A stretch of DNA of 64,000 bases from positions 1 to 64,000 of the IMG/VR virus record IMGVR_UViG_2684622674_000004; one strand, written 5' to 3'. Positions within the stretch are counted from its first letter, which is position 1; every line of letters begins with the position of its first letter. The stretch comes from a virus. Taxonomy: Duplodnaviria; Caudoviricetes. Below, one piece after another: positions 27,835-38,900 of this stretch. The translations under genes and the position numbers were made by a program. The notes beneath the pieces are model-generated. The model was not told the DNA's origin, searched no databases, and saw only the letters and a program-made list of their open reading frames with translations.

Positions 27835-29222
27835 TGGCTAATAACGACATCACCTTTATCCGGCCGGAGCATGGGGCCGCAAGCCCGTTATGGGAAACGG
27901 TTCGCGATGTTTGTCGTGGTCCAGATGCGGTTAAACGTAGACGGCATAAATATCTGCCAAAGCTCGACCCAACCAACAACAGTGAAGAGAACAACCGGCG
28001 CAATGATGATTATCTCCGCCGCGCTGTTTTCTATGCGATTACCGGACATACCAAAAATGGGTTGATCGGGATGGCATTTCGTCGCGACCCCACTGTGACT
28101 ATCGTCGATAAAATGGAATATCTGAAAACCAACGCCAATGGCGCAGGTATCAGTATTTATCAGCAGGCTCAGTCAGTTCTTGAATCTGTGTTAGAAGTTG
28201 CCAGAGAGGGGTTATACGTCGATTACAGCGCTGATATGAAAGGGGCTATCATTCTTAACTATCGCGCCGAAGACATTATCAACTGGCGAACTGAGCGGAT
28301 AAATGGGCGCGATAAACTGGTTTTGGTCGTGCTCCGTGAGTGCGTTGAAGAACCGGATGGGTATGGCTTCAAAGATCGCATCCAATACCGTGAACTAGCG
28401 ATGGACGACGGTCGGTTTGTATGTCGAGTTTGGCGCAATGTCGGGCCGAAAAAGAGCGGCGTATATGTCGTTGATAGCGAATATTACCCAGTGATTCAGT
28501 TTGGCGGTGCATGGGATGAAATACCGTTCACCTTTGTTGGCGCGCAAAACAATGACCCGTCAATTGATGAATCACCTTTATTGGCACTGACTGAAATCAA
28601 TCTCGGCCATTACCGAAACTCAGCCGATTACGAGGATAGTCTGTTCTTTTGTGGGCAGGTGCAGCCGTGGATCAGTGGATTAACCGAAGAGTGGCGCGAC
28701 TGGCTGCAAAAGGCAGGGGTTGCTCTTGGTTCACGTTCTCCAATATTGTTGCCAAAGGACGGGGCTTCAGGGTTTAACCAAGCGCAGCCAAACATGATTG
28801 CCAAGGAGGGGATGGATTCAAAGCGCGACTACATGATCTCTCTTGGCGCTCGATTGGTTGAGCAAAATAGCGCGGTAAAAACAGCAACGCAGGCAACTGG
28901 CGATCAGGCTGCATCTACCTCTGTTCTTGGCATCTGTTGTGCCAACGTTTCAGAGGCCTATACGCAAGCACTGCTTTGGTGTGCGAAATACATGGGGAAT
29001 AAGGACGCAGAGGTCGCGTATTCCATTAGTCAGGAATTTATTCAACGTGTTGCAGACTCAGGAATGTTGGCCGCGATTGTTGCAGCTTGGCAGAGCGGTG
29101 CAATTCGTGACGCGGATATGATCCGGGCAATGCAAAAGCTGGATATTATCGACCCAGAATCTAACCCCAATGATGTTCTGGACGAATTGAAAAATCAGAG
29201 TCCCAGCCTGACAGGTGGCTAA
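27834..29222 (+). CDS. Portal protein (DUF4055 type)
   Basis: 462 aa after terL; NLGHYRNSADYE. Confidence 0.88.
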   Translation: MANNDITFIRPEHGAASPLWETVRDVCRGPDAVKRRRHKYLPKLDPTNNSEENNRRNDDYLRRAVFYAITGHTKNGLIGMAFRRDPTVTIVDKMEYLKTNANGAGISIYQQAQSVLESVLEVAREGLYVDYSADMKGAIILNYRAEDIINWRTERINGRDKLVLVVLRECVEEPDGYGFKDRIQYRELAMDDGRFVCRVWRNVGPKKSGVYVVDSEYYPVIQFGGAWDEIPFTFVGAQNNDPSIDESPLLALTEINLGHYRNSADYEDSLFFCGQVQPWISGLTEEWRDWLQKAGVALGSRSPILLPKDGASGFNQAQPNMIAKEGMDSKRDYMISLGARLVEQNSAVKTATQATGDQAASTSVLGICCANVSEAYTQALLWCAKYMGNKDAEVAYSISQEFIQRVADSGMLAAIVAAWQSGAIRDADMIRAMQKLDIIDPESNPNDVLDELKNQSPSLTGG

Positions 29223-30335
29223 ATGGCAACGATTAACGAAAGGCTACGTGATGAAGCAATAGCACATAGCCTGTTTCAATCGCGTTATGGTGCTGGTGTT
29301 GCCCGTAAAATGGTTAAAGTTCTCAACGAGAGTGACGCAGAGCTATCGGCTCGTCTCATTGTGGCACTTGATGAGTTCAATCCAAACAGTGTCACAGTGA
29401 AGCGCTTAGAGAGCTTGCTAGCGAGTGTTCGACAAGTCAACAAGCAAGCTGTTGATGCGATGTATGCTTCCTTGTCCGACGAACTGCTCGGCTTCGCAAA
29501 GCATGAGGCAGGTTATCAGCTTAGTTTGTTTGACTCCTTATTACCGGAGCTAGTTTTAAATCGGTTCCCGCTAGCATCAATCACTCAAGAGCAGGTTTAC
29601 GCCGCTGCAATGGCTCAACCGTTCCAAGGGAGATTGCTGCGAGACTGGGCTGAGAATATCGAAGCCGATCGGATGACGCGCATTATCAATACTGTGAAAA
29701 ACGGCTATCTGGCTGGCGACACGGTTGAACAGATGGCGCGGAAAGTACGCGGCACCAAAGCAAGAAACTATCAAGATGGCGCGATCGAGGCGGGCCGAAA
29801 GAATGTCACGGCGGTGGTGAAAACGGCCGTCACTCATATGGCTGCTGTCGCGCGGGATAAGTTTGTTGATAACAACAGCAATATTATCGACGCCAAACAA
29901 TGGCTCAGTACATTGGACAATAAAACTTCTCACGATTGCATCATCCGTGACAAGCTCAAATACACGCTGGAAGGCAAACCCATTGGTCACAAGATTCCAT
30001 ACCTTCAGGGGCCGGGGCGCATTCATTTCTGCTGTCGCTCGATGGAAACCTTAATCACCAAATCATGGCGTGATCTGGGGATCGATATCGACGAAATGGA
30101 CGAAGGTACTCGCGCCAGCATGGATGGGCAAGTGCCAGCGGGAACGACATACGGTGAGTGGTTACAGCGGCAATCTTACCGCCGACAGGTTCAGGTGCTG
30201 GGCGAGACTCGCGCCAGACTGATGAAAGATGGCGGTATGCGAACTGATGAATTTTTCACTGATAAAGGGGAGTGGCTGACGTTACAGCAGCTTCGCGATA
30301 TTGACGGTCGGGCATTCTCTGATGCAGGCCTGTAG
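29223..30335 (+). CDS. Minor head protein (SPP1 gp7/MuF family)
   Basis: STLDNKTSHDC, HFCCRS. Confidence 0.88.
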   Translation: MATINERLRDEAIAHSLFQSRYGAGVARKMVKVLNESDAELSARLIVALDEFNPNSVTVKRLESLLASVRQVNKQAVDAMYASLSDELLGFAKHEAGYQLSLFDSLLPELVLNRFPLASITQEQVYAAAMAQPFQGRLLRDWAENIEADRMTRIINTVKNGYLAGDTVEQMARKVRGTKARNYQDGAIEAGRKNVTAVVKTAVTHMAAVARDKFVDNNSNIIDAKQWLSTLDNKTSHDCIIRDKLKYTLEGKPIGHKIPYLQGPGRIHFCCRSMETLITKSWRDLGIDIDEMDEGTRASMDGQVPAGTTYGEWLQRQSYRRQVQVLGETRARLMKDGGMRTDEFFTDKGEWLTLQQLRDIDGRAFSDAGL

Positions 30336-30456
30336 AAAACTACGCTTTAACCATTACCATCAACAGTAAACAACTGAGTTATCCAAAATCTGAGCCTCGC
30401 CATTGTGCGGGGCTTTTTTATGGGCTAGGCCCAGCAATAAATCCCAAGGGGACAGC

Positions 30457-31230
30457 ATGCTATTCCGAAATATCGCACGTAAATATTATGCCGAGGCAGG
30501 TGAGGGTGGCGAAGGTGGTGGCGGGCCAGCCACAACTATCACACCAGAGGTTCAGGCATTGATTGATGCCAGAGTTAATGAATCTGTCACTGGGCTCAAA
30601 ACCAAAAATAGCGAATTACTCGGCAAGCTCAAAGAGCAAGGCGAGAACCTGAAGCGCTATGACGGCATCGACCCAGACGCGGTGAAAAATATCCTACAAC
30701 GATTCTCTGACGACGAAGAAGCCAAGCTTATCGCCGCTGGAAAGATTGATGAGGTACTGGATAAACGCACTGAGCGATTACGGGCTGATGTTGATAAAAA
30801 ACTCAAATTTGCCAATGACCGCGCTGAGAAAGCCGAAAGTTTCAGCAAAAAATTCAGTGATCGGGTGCTTGGTGATGCCATTCGCTCCGCCGCATTGAAA
30901 ACTGGCGCATTGCCGGGTGCTGCTGACGACATCATTCTGCGCGCAAAAGGCGTATTTACTCTCAACGATGAAGGTGAGGCCATTGCCGTTGATAAAGATG
31001 GTTCAGCTCTGCTGGGTAAGGATGGGAAAACACCACTCACCCCGCACGAATGGGCCGAATCACTGAAAGATATTGCGCCGCATCTCTGGCCTCAGGCTGG
31101 AGGCACCAACGCTGGCGGTCATAAGCCGAATGGCGGCGCACTCAAGCGTTCAACGATGACCGCAGCCCAAAAGGCGGATTTTATTCGCACTAACGGGCAG
31201 CAGGCATTTTTAAAACTTCCGAAAGAATAA
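30457..31230 (+). CDS. Capsid scaffolding protein
   Basis: Coiled coil LKTKNSELL; between MuF and the capsid gene. Confidence 0.8.
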   Translation: MLFRNIARKYYAEAGEGGEGGGGPATTITPEVQALIDARVNESVTGLKTKNSELLGKLKEQGENLKRYDGIDPDAVKNILQRFSDDEEAKLIAAGKIDEVLDKRTERLRADVDKKLKFANDRAEKAESFSKKFSDRVLGDAIRSAALKTGALPGAADDIILRAKGVFTLNDEGEAIAVDKDGSALLGKDGKTPLTPHEWAESLKDIAPHLWPQAGGTNAGGHKPNGGALKRSTMTAAQKADFIRTNGQQAFLKLPKE

Positions 31231-31243
31231 GGATTTATAATTT

Positions 31244-32449
31244 ATGACCACAACCGTTAACTCTGACCTGATCATCTATAACGATCTGGCTCAGACATCT
31301 TATCTTGAGCGCCGACAGGACAACCTCGATGTGTTCAACGCCTCATCTAATGGCGCGATTGTGCTGGATAATGCCTTGATTGAAGGCGATTTCCGTAAGC
31401 GTGCTTTCTATCAGCTCGGCGGCAGCATCGAACACCGTGATGTTGACTCTACCGGGAAAGTTACAGGTAAGAAAATTGGTGCTGGTGAATCAGTTGGTGT
31501 GAAGGCTCCGTGGAAATACGGCCCTTACCAGACGACTGAAGAAGCATTCAAGCGTCGTGGCCGTGATGTGTCTGAGTTCTCTGAAATTGTGGGCGTAGAT
31601 GTCGCAGATGCCTCACTGGAGGGATTCATCAAATACGGTATTCAGGCGTTGAGTGCTTCCATTGGTGCTAACCCAGACATGGTTGTTACTGCCAACATTG
31701 AAGTTGATGGCAAGAAAACCCTGACCAAAGGTATGCGTAAGTACGGTGATCGCTTTGGCCGCATTGCGCTGTTTGTTATGCACTCGTCTACCTACTTTGA
31801 CATCATTGATCAGGCGATTGCAGCCAAGATTTATGAGGAAGCTGGTGTTGTAGTGTATGGCGGTCAGCCTGGTACATTAGGTAAGCCGGTTCTGGTTACC
31901 GATACTGCGCCAATTGATGCCATCTTTGGGTTGTTGCCGAACGCCGTGGTTATTACCGAGTCACAGGCTCCCGGCTTCCGCTCATATCCAATCAACGATG
32001 AGGAAAACCTCGGCGTTGGCTACCGCGCAGAGGGGACGATCAATATCGACTTGCTGGGCTATAGCTGGGATGAAACCAACGGCGGCAAGAACCCGAGCTT
32101 GACCGAAATTGGCGCAACCAATAGCTGGAAAAAACACGCAACCAGCAACAAAGTTACCGCTGGCGTGATGATTAAGCTGATTGCTGAAGATGTGGCGGCA
32201 ACAGGTGTCACTCTGAATAAATCGACGACTTCATTGGTTGTTGGTGCAGATGAAACGCTTGTTGCTACTGTCGCGCCATCTGATGCAGCTAATAAATCCG
32301 TTATTTGGACCTCATCTTCTGCCGCAAAAGCCACAGTTGATGCAAATGGTAAGGTGACTGCTGTTGCAGCCGGAAGCGCAACCATTACCGCCAAGTGTGT
32401 AGACGGCAACTTCACAGCAACTTGCGTAGTGACCGTCACTGCCGCATAA
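31244..32449 (+). CDS. Major capsid protein with in-frame C-terminal Ig-like (Big_2) domain
   Basis: GTLGKPVLVTD capsid core; VTLNKSTTSL...ATVD..GKVTAVAAGSATITA. Confidence 0.88.
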   Translation: MTTTVNSDLIIYNDLAQTSYLERRQDNLDVFNASSNGAIVLDNALIEGDFRKRAFYQLGGSIEHRDVDSTGKVTGKKIGAGESVGVKAPWKYGPYQTTEEAFKRRGRDVSEFSEIVGVDVADASLEGFIKYGIQALSASIGANPDMVVTANIEVDGKKTLTKGMRKYGDRFGRIALFVMHSSTYFDIIDQAIAAKIYEEAGVVVYGGQPGTLGKPVLVTDTAPIDAIFGLLPNAVVITESQAPGFRSYPINDEENLGVGYRAEGTINIDLLGYSWDETNGGKNPSLTEIGATNSWKKHATSNKVTAGVMIKLIAEDVAATGVTLNKSTTSLVVGADETLVATVAPSDAANKSVIWTSSSAAKATVDANGKVTAVAAGSATITAKCVDGNFTATCVVTVTAA

Positions 32450-32496
32450 GAGTGATCACTATAGGGGCTTCGGCCCCTTTTCTATTGGAGGATAGG

Positions 32497-32979
32497 ATGT
32501 TAGTCACCGATCCAACCTCACCAGATTTTAACAGCTACGCATCACTCGAAGATTTAGTCGCGTTCGCTTTGGCGCGCGCAGTTAACTTACCTTCTGAAAC
32601 AGAGTCATTACTGATTAAGGCGATGGACTACCTGAACGGGCTTAATTGGTATGGAAGCAGAACCAAACTAACCCAGCCATTACCCTGGCCGAGATCGGGT
32701 ATCACTTTCGACGGATTTAGTTATCCATCAACTAATATCCCTCCACAACTTATTACAGCGCAGTGCATGCTTGCCGTGGAAGCTATTGAAGGAGATTTAC
32801 TGGGTTCGAATAGAGAGGCGGCAATAAAGTCTGAGACTGTATCAGGAGCTGTGTCGATCACTTACGCTGTATCTGATGCCGAGTCATTCACTCCCAATTA
32901 TCCGGCCGTGATGGCAATTCTACGTGGGTTCGTTGCGGGTAGCGGTTTTGCTATTAATGCCACTGCGAGGCGTCAATAA
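32497..32979 (+). CDS. Head-tail connector
   Basis: NSYASLEDL, QPLPWPR; position. Confidence 0.7.
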   Translation: MLVTDPTSPDFNSYASLEDLVAFALARAVNLPSETESLLIKAMDYLNGLNWYGSRTKLTQPLPWPRSGITFDGFSYPSTNIPPQLITAQCMLAVEAIEGDLLGSNREAAIKSETVSGAVSITYAVSDAESFTPNYPAVMAILRGFVAGSGFAINATARRQ

Positions 32980-33329
32980 TGGCTATCAACTACCCACGAA
33001 TGCGAGCGACAGCAATACGATTGATTACCGAAAATGGAGCGACCTACCATCTCACTCGCGGTGGCGGTGTCGAGTTCGTCGGCGGTGTTGAAGTTGATAT
33101 CCCGCTTGAGTCATTCTCGGTTATTGGCGTTATTTCCAGTTATTCCCCCGGTGAGATTGACGGTACCTTAATCCAGAACGGCGATGTGAAAATGTCGGCT
33201 ACGGCTGATGTGGAAATTCGCATTGGTGATCTGATTATGGTTGATGGCAAAAAACACCGAGTCATTAAACCTAATCCAGTAAAACCAGCCACACTGCTGA
33301 TCTGCTACAAGCCACAACTGAGGGCGTGA
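32979..33329 (+). CDS. Head closure/adaptor protein
   Basis: Position; IDGTLIQNGD. Confidence 0.65.
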   Translation: MAINYPRMRATAIRLITENGATYHLTRGGGVEFVGGVEVDIPLESFSVIGVISSYSPGEIDGTLIQNGDVKMSATADVEIRIGDLIMVDGKKHRVIKPNPVKPATLLICYKPQLRA

Positions 33330-33330
33330 T

Positions 33331-33915
33331 ATGGCTGACGATTCCAGCTTTATGGCTTCAATTAATGCGTTTATCGAAAAGGGTAAGCGTAATCAGGAAT
33401 TGGTGGTTCAAAAAGGGGCTATCAAAATTCTCAATCAGTTAGTCACGATGTCGCCGGTTGGAAATCCTGAACTATGGGCCATCAACCACACCGCGAAGTC
33501 ATATAACGATGCTGTGTTTGAGCATAACGAGGATCTAAAGAAAGATTCAGCTAACTTAACCAAAACAGGGCGACTGAAAAAACGGGCTAGGGTGACTGAT
33601 AGCATGGATGTCAAAGCACCTGCTGGCTATACCGGTGGACGCTTTAGAGGTAATTGGCAGGTTGGCCTAGATGTTCAGCCTGACGGTGAAACAGGACGTA
33701 TCGATAAAAGTGGCAATATGACAATGGCTGTTGGCAATTACATGCTTGAGCAGTTCAAGGTCGGCACCAAGGCTATCTACTTCACCAACAATGTTCCTTA
33801 TGCTTATCGGCTTGAGTTTGGTCATTCATCACAGGCTCCAAACGGGATGATCCGCATAACCGCCGAAGAGGCAGCTAAATACTTTGTTGAAGCCGCTAAT
33901 GAGGTGAATAAGTGA
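33331..33915 (+). CDS. HK97 gp10-like neck protein
   Basis: GRFRGNW, NNVPYAYRLEFGHS.QAP.GM. Confidence 0.8.
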   Translation: MADDSSFMASINAFIEKGKRNQELVVQKGAIKILNQLVTMSPVGNPELWAINHTAKSYNDAVFEHNEDLKKDSANLTKTGRLKKRARVTDSMDVKAPAGYTGGRFRGNWQVGLDVQPDGETGRIDKSGNMTMAVGNYMLEQFKVGTKAIYFTNNVPYAYRLEFGHSSQAPNGMIRITAEEAAKYFVEAANEVNK

Positions 33916-34319
33916 GCACTCAACGAATCACCGTATTACTGGAAAAACGGCTTGGAGAATGGGCGGCGATTAAAGGCATTCCGTTGTCTACCGAAAACGT
34001 TAGCTTTGATGATACTGGTGGTATGTATCTGCAATCGCATGTCATGCCAGCCACAACAGACACTATCGATTTAGCGCAGGCTTCCCGCGTATTCAAAGGT
34101 GTGTATCAGATTAATATCAACGCCAAAGCAGGTAGCGGTAAATCAAAATCACATTCCATTGCTGCTGAGTTAATAGAATTGTTTAACCTCAATACTGAGC
34201 TTACAGACGGGGTGGTAACATGCTATATCAACAGCGTTCCCAGCCAGTTTCCCGGCATTACTAACGACACCACATACACAACACCAGTCAGCATGAGTTA
34301 TCGTGCTGACGTCATTTAA
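33912..34319 (+). CDS. Tail terminator-like protein
   Basis: Position before the tail tube; GVYQININ. Confidence 0.7.
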   Translation: MSTQRITVLLEKRLGEWAAIKGIPLSTENVSFDDTGGMYLQSHVMPATTDTIDLAQASRVFKGVYQININAKAGSGKSKSHSIAAELIELFNLNTELTDGVVTCYINSVPSQFPGITNDTTYTTPVSMSYRADVI

Positions 34320-34384
34320 ACCTCAATCAATCCCACATCACCGGCCTATGCCGGTTTTTTTATATCCAAAATCGGAGAATTACC

Positions 34385-35305
34385 ATGGGCTTTGCTCTAC
34401 CTAATGGCGCGGGTATTTACCTGGCTAAAACATATGAAACCGAAGTGGCGGTAACGGCAGTTTCCAATGCTGTTGACGCAGTTCTGACGGTAGCAACGGG
34501 GCATGGCATCGCTGAAGGCGATATTGTGCAACTTACGTCTGGCTGGGGCGCTCTGAATGACCTGGCTGCAAAAGTTACGGCGTCAACAGCGACTTCGCTA
34601 ACTCTCGGCTCAATTGATACATCTAATACTGACCGTTTTGCTGTGGGCGGAGGTGTGGGGACGGTTAAGAAGATCTTAAGCTGGATTGAAATCCCGCAAA
34701 TCACTGAAGTGGCGAACAGTGGTGGCGATCAGCAGATGATTCAGATTCAGTTCCTGAGTGATACCCGCCAGCGCAACCTCAACACGTTCAAAGCTGCACA
34801 ATCCCAAACCCTGACATTGGCACATGATTCTAGTCAGCCGGTTTATTCGGTATTACGCGCGGCTGATGAGTCAGAGCAAACGCTGGCGACCTACATGTAC
34901 GTGCCTAAAGCCAAAGAGAACCGCTATTCAACTGTGAAAGTGTCATTTAATGACATCCCGACCACAGCGATTAATGCCATTGAAACAGTCACTGCGGTGT
35001 TCAACCTTCAATCTCAGGCGATGACTTTTTATAAGTCTGGTGCTCCTGTGGCCGTTACTGGCGTCACTTTAAATAAGACTACTACCACTCTTGCCGTGGC
35101 TGCCACTGAAACCTTGACGGCAACTGTAGCACCAGTAAACGCAACCAACAAATCAGGCGTTTGGTCATCATCAGCACCCGCCAAGGCCTCTGTTGACCCA
35201 GTGACTGGCGTTGTAACTGGCGTTGCTACTGGCGCTGCCAATATCATTTACACAACAGCAGATGGCGCGAAAACCGCTACTTGCGCCGTCACCGTAACCG
35301 CATAA
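34385..35305 (+). CDS. Major tail tube protein with C-terminal Big_2 domain
   Basis: ALPNG start, WIEIPQI, C-terminal VTGVTLNKTT Ig fold. Confidence 0.88.
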   Translation: MGFALPNGAGIYLAKTYETEVAVTAVSNAVDAVLTVATGHGIAEGDIVQLTSGWGALNDLAAKVTASTATSLTLGSIDTSNTDRFAVGGGVGTVKKILSWIEIPQITEVANSGGDQQMIQIQFLSDTRQRNLNTFKAAQSQTLTLAHDSSQPVYSVLRAADESEQTLATYMYVPKAKENRYSTVKVSFNDIPTTAINAIETVTAVFNLQSQAMTFYKSGAPVAVTGVTLNKTTTTLAVAATETLTATVAPVNATNKSGVWSSSAPAKASVDPVTGVVTGVATGAANIIYTTADGAKTATCAVTVTA

Positions 35306-35317
35306 GGAACATGAACC

Positions 35318-35629
35318 ATGGCAGTAAAATTCACCCTGGTACCGTCACCAACATTTAAAGCTGATGTGAAAATCCCTCGCGCTGGTCTGGATGACGGCGA
35401 GTTAACGTTTACCTTTAAGCATTTGCCGCTTAATGAAGTATCGAATATCGAGAAAGCAGAAGGACAAACAGGGTTAGATTTCGCAGAGAAAATTATCCAA
35501 GGCTGGGCGCTTCCCGACGCATTCAACCGCGAAAATCTGGAAGTGCTTGCGAATAACTACCCGAAAGCTATCGAGAATGTCATCAGTGCGTTTTATCGCG
35601 AACTGCTTGGTAACCGCGAAAAAAACTAA
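35318..35629 (+). CDS. Tail assembly chaperone (gpG-like)
   Basis: Ends GAA AAA AAC TAA with a slippery heptamer. Confidence 0.85.
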   Translation: MAVKFTLVPSPTFKADVKIPRAGLDDGELTFTFKHLPLNEVSNIEKAEGQTGLDFAEKIIQGWALPDAFNRENLEVLANNYPKAIENVISAFYRELLGNREKN

Positions 35630-35937
35630 CCTCGGTTGCCACAGCCCTCTATACCCCTGAACCCACCCGCGAAGAATTGGCAGGCAACGGCCTGACACCT
35701 GATGATTTCGACGATGTAATTATCGAGATATGGCCGGATGTTTGGCCTGCTTTCAATGTGATTAGAGCAATGTCCACGCAGTGGCGTACCGGCATGTCTG
35801 GGCCTACTGGGTTGGACTACGGCTGCCTGTCACAAGTCATGGATTGGGTAGGTGTAGAGAGCAAAGCAACCGTGTTTGATGACATAAGGCACATGGAGAG
35901 CGTTGCGCTGTCCGTTATTCACAAGCGGAGCAAGTAA
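35620..35937 (+). CDS. -1 frameshift extension (gpT-like) of the tail chaperone
   Basis: A-AAA-AAC at 35620-35626; the -1 frame is open into ORF 35677-35937 (TQWR..GLDY). Confidence 0.8.
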   Translation, partial: KKLTSVATALYTPEPTREELAGNGLTPDDFDDVIIEIWPDVWPAFNVIRAMSTQWRTGMSGPTGLDYGCLSQVMDWVGVESKATVFDDIRHMESVALSVIHKRSK

Positions 35938-38900
35938 ATGGCAGATATCGCAACAATCTCACTACGCGCGGATACGTCCAGCCTGGAACAAGGTGACAAG
36001 GCGTTAGACCACTTTGGGCAAACAGCGGAGAAGGCCACCAAGCAAGCTGATGGGCTGAATGAGTCTAATACCAAACTGGCTTCATCTTATGATGAGGCCG
36101 CCAAATCACTGGCTAATAATTACAAAGCAACATCCGATTATAACGAAAGCGTTGAACGTAGTGCTAAATCTTCAAAAGCGGCCACTGCCATTATTGAAGA
36201 GCAAAAGGCTGGGCTAAGCGCACTGTTAGATAGAATCAATCCAACTAACAAAGCATTTGCTGAGCTGGATGAAATATCTAAAAAGTTAAGAGCTGCTAAA
36301 AATTCTAACCTGATAAATTCAGAGGAATTTGAGCACTACAACTCAATTCTATTCACAACAGCAGACAAACTAAATAAAGTCGCTGATGCATTAACCGAAG
36401 AAGGCCGAGCAGCAACCGCTCAGGCAGCGGCAGACAGAAAGGCCGCTGAAGCAAAAGAGGCTTTTCTTGCCAAACTACGAGATCAGAATGCTTTGTTCAA
36501 AGCATCTGCTTCTGACTCGGCCACCTATCGTGCAGCGCAGCTAGGCATTACTTCTGAAGCTGCACCAATGATAGCCGCAATCCGGCAACAGGAAGAGGCC
36601 ACCCGCCGCGATGCTGAACAAAAGAAATTAGCCTCAATTGCAGCCCGCGGATTAAAGGACTCAATCAAGCAGCTCGAAGCTGAGGAACGGGCCGCCACGC
36701 AAGCAACTAAAGCTCAGGAGGCTGCGGATATTTCTGCGGCAGCCGCTAAGGCGAATTTTGTTCAACGCTTGCGGGAACAAGTGGAACTACAAGGGAAAAC
36801 GGCTTCAGAGGTTCAGGCATATAAAGCTGCACAAATGGGGGTTACAGAGCAAGCTGCGCCATTCATCGCGAGGCTGAAAGAGCAAGAGGATGCTTGGAAG
36901 AAAGGCACTGTTTCTGCTGGTCAATACCGCATGGCAATGCGCCAACTACCCATGCAATTCACTGATATCGCAACCTCAATCGCCGGTGGCATGCCGTTGT
37001 ACATGATCGCCATTCAGCAGGGCGGTCAGATTAAAGATAGCTTTGGCGGTATTGGTAATGCCAGCAAGGCGCTCTTGAGCCTGATCACTCCGATGACGGT
37101 TGGGCTAGTTGGCGCGGCGGCCGTAGTCGGGGGGCTGGCGCTCGCTTACTACAAAGGCGCAGCAGAAAATGAGGAGTTCAATAAGCAACTCATTCTGACT
37201 GGTAATTATGCAGGCAGAACCGCCTCTCAGCTTCAGGCTATGGCTAAGGGGCTATCTGGCAATGGGTTAACACAATCAGCCCTGTCCTCCGCCATGGCAA
37301 AAGTGGTCGGCACCGGTTCGTTTGATTCATCGCAAATTGAGATGGTTACCCTCGCTGCCGCCAAGATGGAACAGGCAACCGGACAATCCATTGACGCTAC
37401 AGTTAATAACTTTAAGCGCCTTCAGGATGAGCCGTTAAAGGCAGCGAAAGAGCTTGATGATCAACTCCATTACCTAACTGCTTCCGAATATGAGCAAATC
37501 TCTGCCATGGAGCGCTCAGGCAACACCATTGGTGCTGCTAGGGTGGCGATGGAATCCTACTCCAAAGCCATGCGTGACAGGGCTGATGAGGTTGTTAACA
37601 ATGTCGGCTACATGGAACGTTCATGGAATAGTTTAAGAAATACCGCAGCGGGTGCTTGGGATGCCATGCTCGACATAGGGCGGGATAAATCTCTTGATGA
37701 TCGGCTGACTGATGTCAACGCCCGGATGGCAGAAAGTCAGGCTAATCCTGGGCGATATGACAACAACAAGCTTGCTGCCGAAAAAGCTCTGCTCACTGAA
37801 GAAAAGTATCAGAAAGATGTTACTGCCGCTCGGAAAAAAGCCAACCAGAATGCTGATGAGTTGGAGAAAAATAGTCTGCGGGTTATGGATGGTTACCGCG
37901 ACCAATACGCAACGCGAGAGCAGCAACGGACAAAGGAACAACAGAAGTTTAATCAAATTGCGTACCGGTTCAGCGCTGAAGAACAAGCACGTATCCGTTC
38001 TGAGATAGATGCTAAATATAAGGACAGAGCGACACCAAAAGGTCGCGCAGCCGCAGCTTATCAAGACGATGCAGCCACCAAGGCATTGCTCGATAGTCAG
38101 GCGCGCGTTGCTGCTTTGCGTGAACAGGCAACTGTCACATTAACCATGACCGATCAGGAAAAGCAGCTAGCTAAATTCACCCAGCAAATTGCCGACCTGA
38201 AAAGTAAAACCATCCTCACCGCAGACCAGAAATCACTTCTGGCCCGTTCTGGTGAAATCACTGCCAGTATGCAGCTTGAGGCCCAGCTTTCACGTGAAAA
38301 CGCTGAAAGGAAGAAAGCAACAGCAGCTCTCAAGCAGATGGATGATTACACCACGACGATTGCCAATCGAAATGCTCAGGCTCAGGCTAAGTTTGGCAAG
38401 ACCAGCAAGCAAGCGTCTCGTGTTGACCAAGAGTTTCAGCTTGATAATACATTCGACAAGCAGACGGAGGGAGTTACCGGCGCGGCGCTAGAAAAACTTA
38501 CCGAGTCATACAACAAGGCAAAAGCTGAGTTACATGCTGGATTCAAGCAGGAAGATTTGAATGAAGGTGATTGGTTGGCAGGCATGACTCAGGGCCTTGA
38601 GCAGTACGGGGAAACGGCTAACAACGTTTTCTCTGCTACCGCTCAGTTGGCCCAAAACACCATGGGCAGCATGACCTCCATGGCGACCCAGATGATGGCT
38701 ACCGGATCAGCAAACGTGAAGCAATTTGCCACCAACTTTATGACCAGCATTGTCGATATCATCAATCGGTTACTGATTGCTCAAGCTCTTCAGGCTGCGA
38801 TGGGGTGGATTAGCGGTGCTGCATCGGCTGGCGCAGGCGCAGCAAGCGGGGCGGCTAGTAGTGCCAGTTCGGGCGCAATGGGGATGTCTACTAGCTTCAG

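Noticed and set aside
32059-35526. Long antisense ORFs opposite capsid and tail genes
   Set aside because: Expected shadows of Ala/Thr/Val-rich coding sequence.
35620-35626. Programmed -1 frameshift as a novelty
   Set aside because: Well-known conserved feature of tail chaperones; listed as a feature only.
36430-36900. Internal duplication in the tape measure protein
   Set aside because: Real (two YRAAQLG/YKAAQMG units) but ordinary for tape measure length variation.
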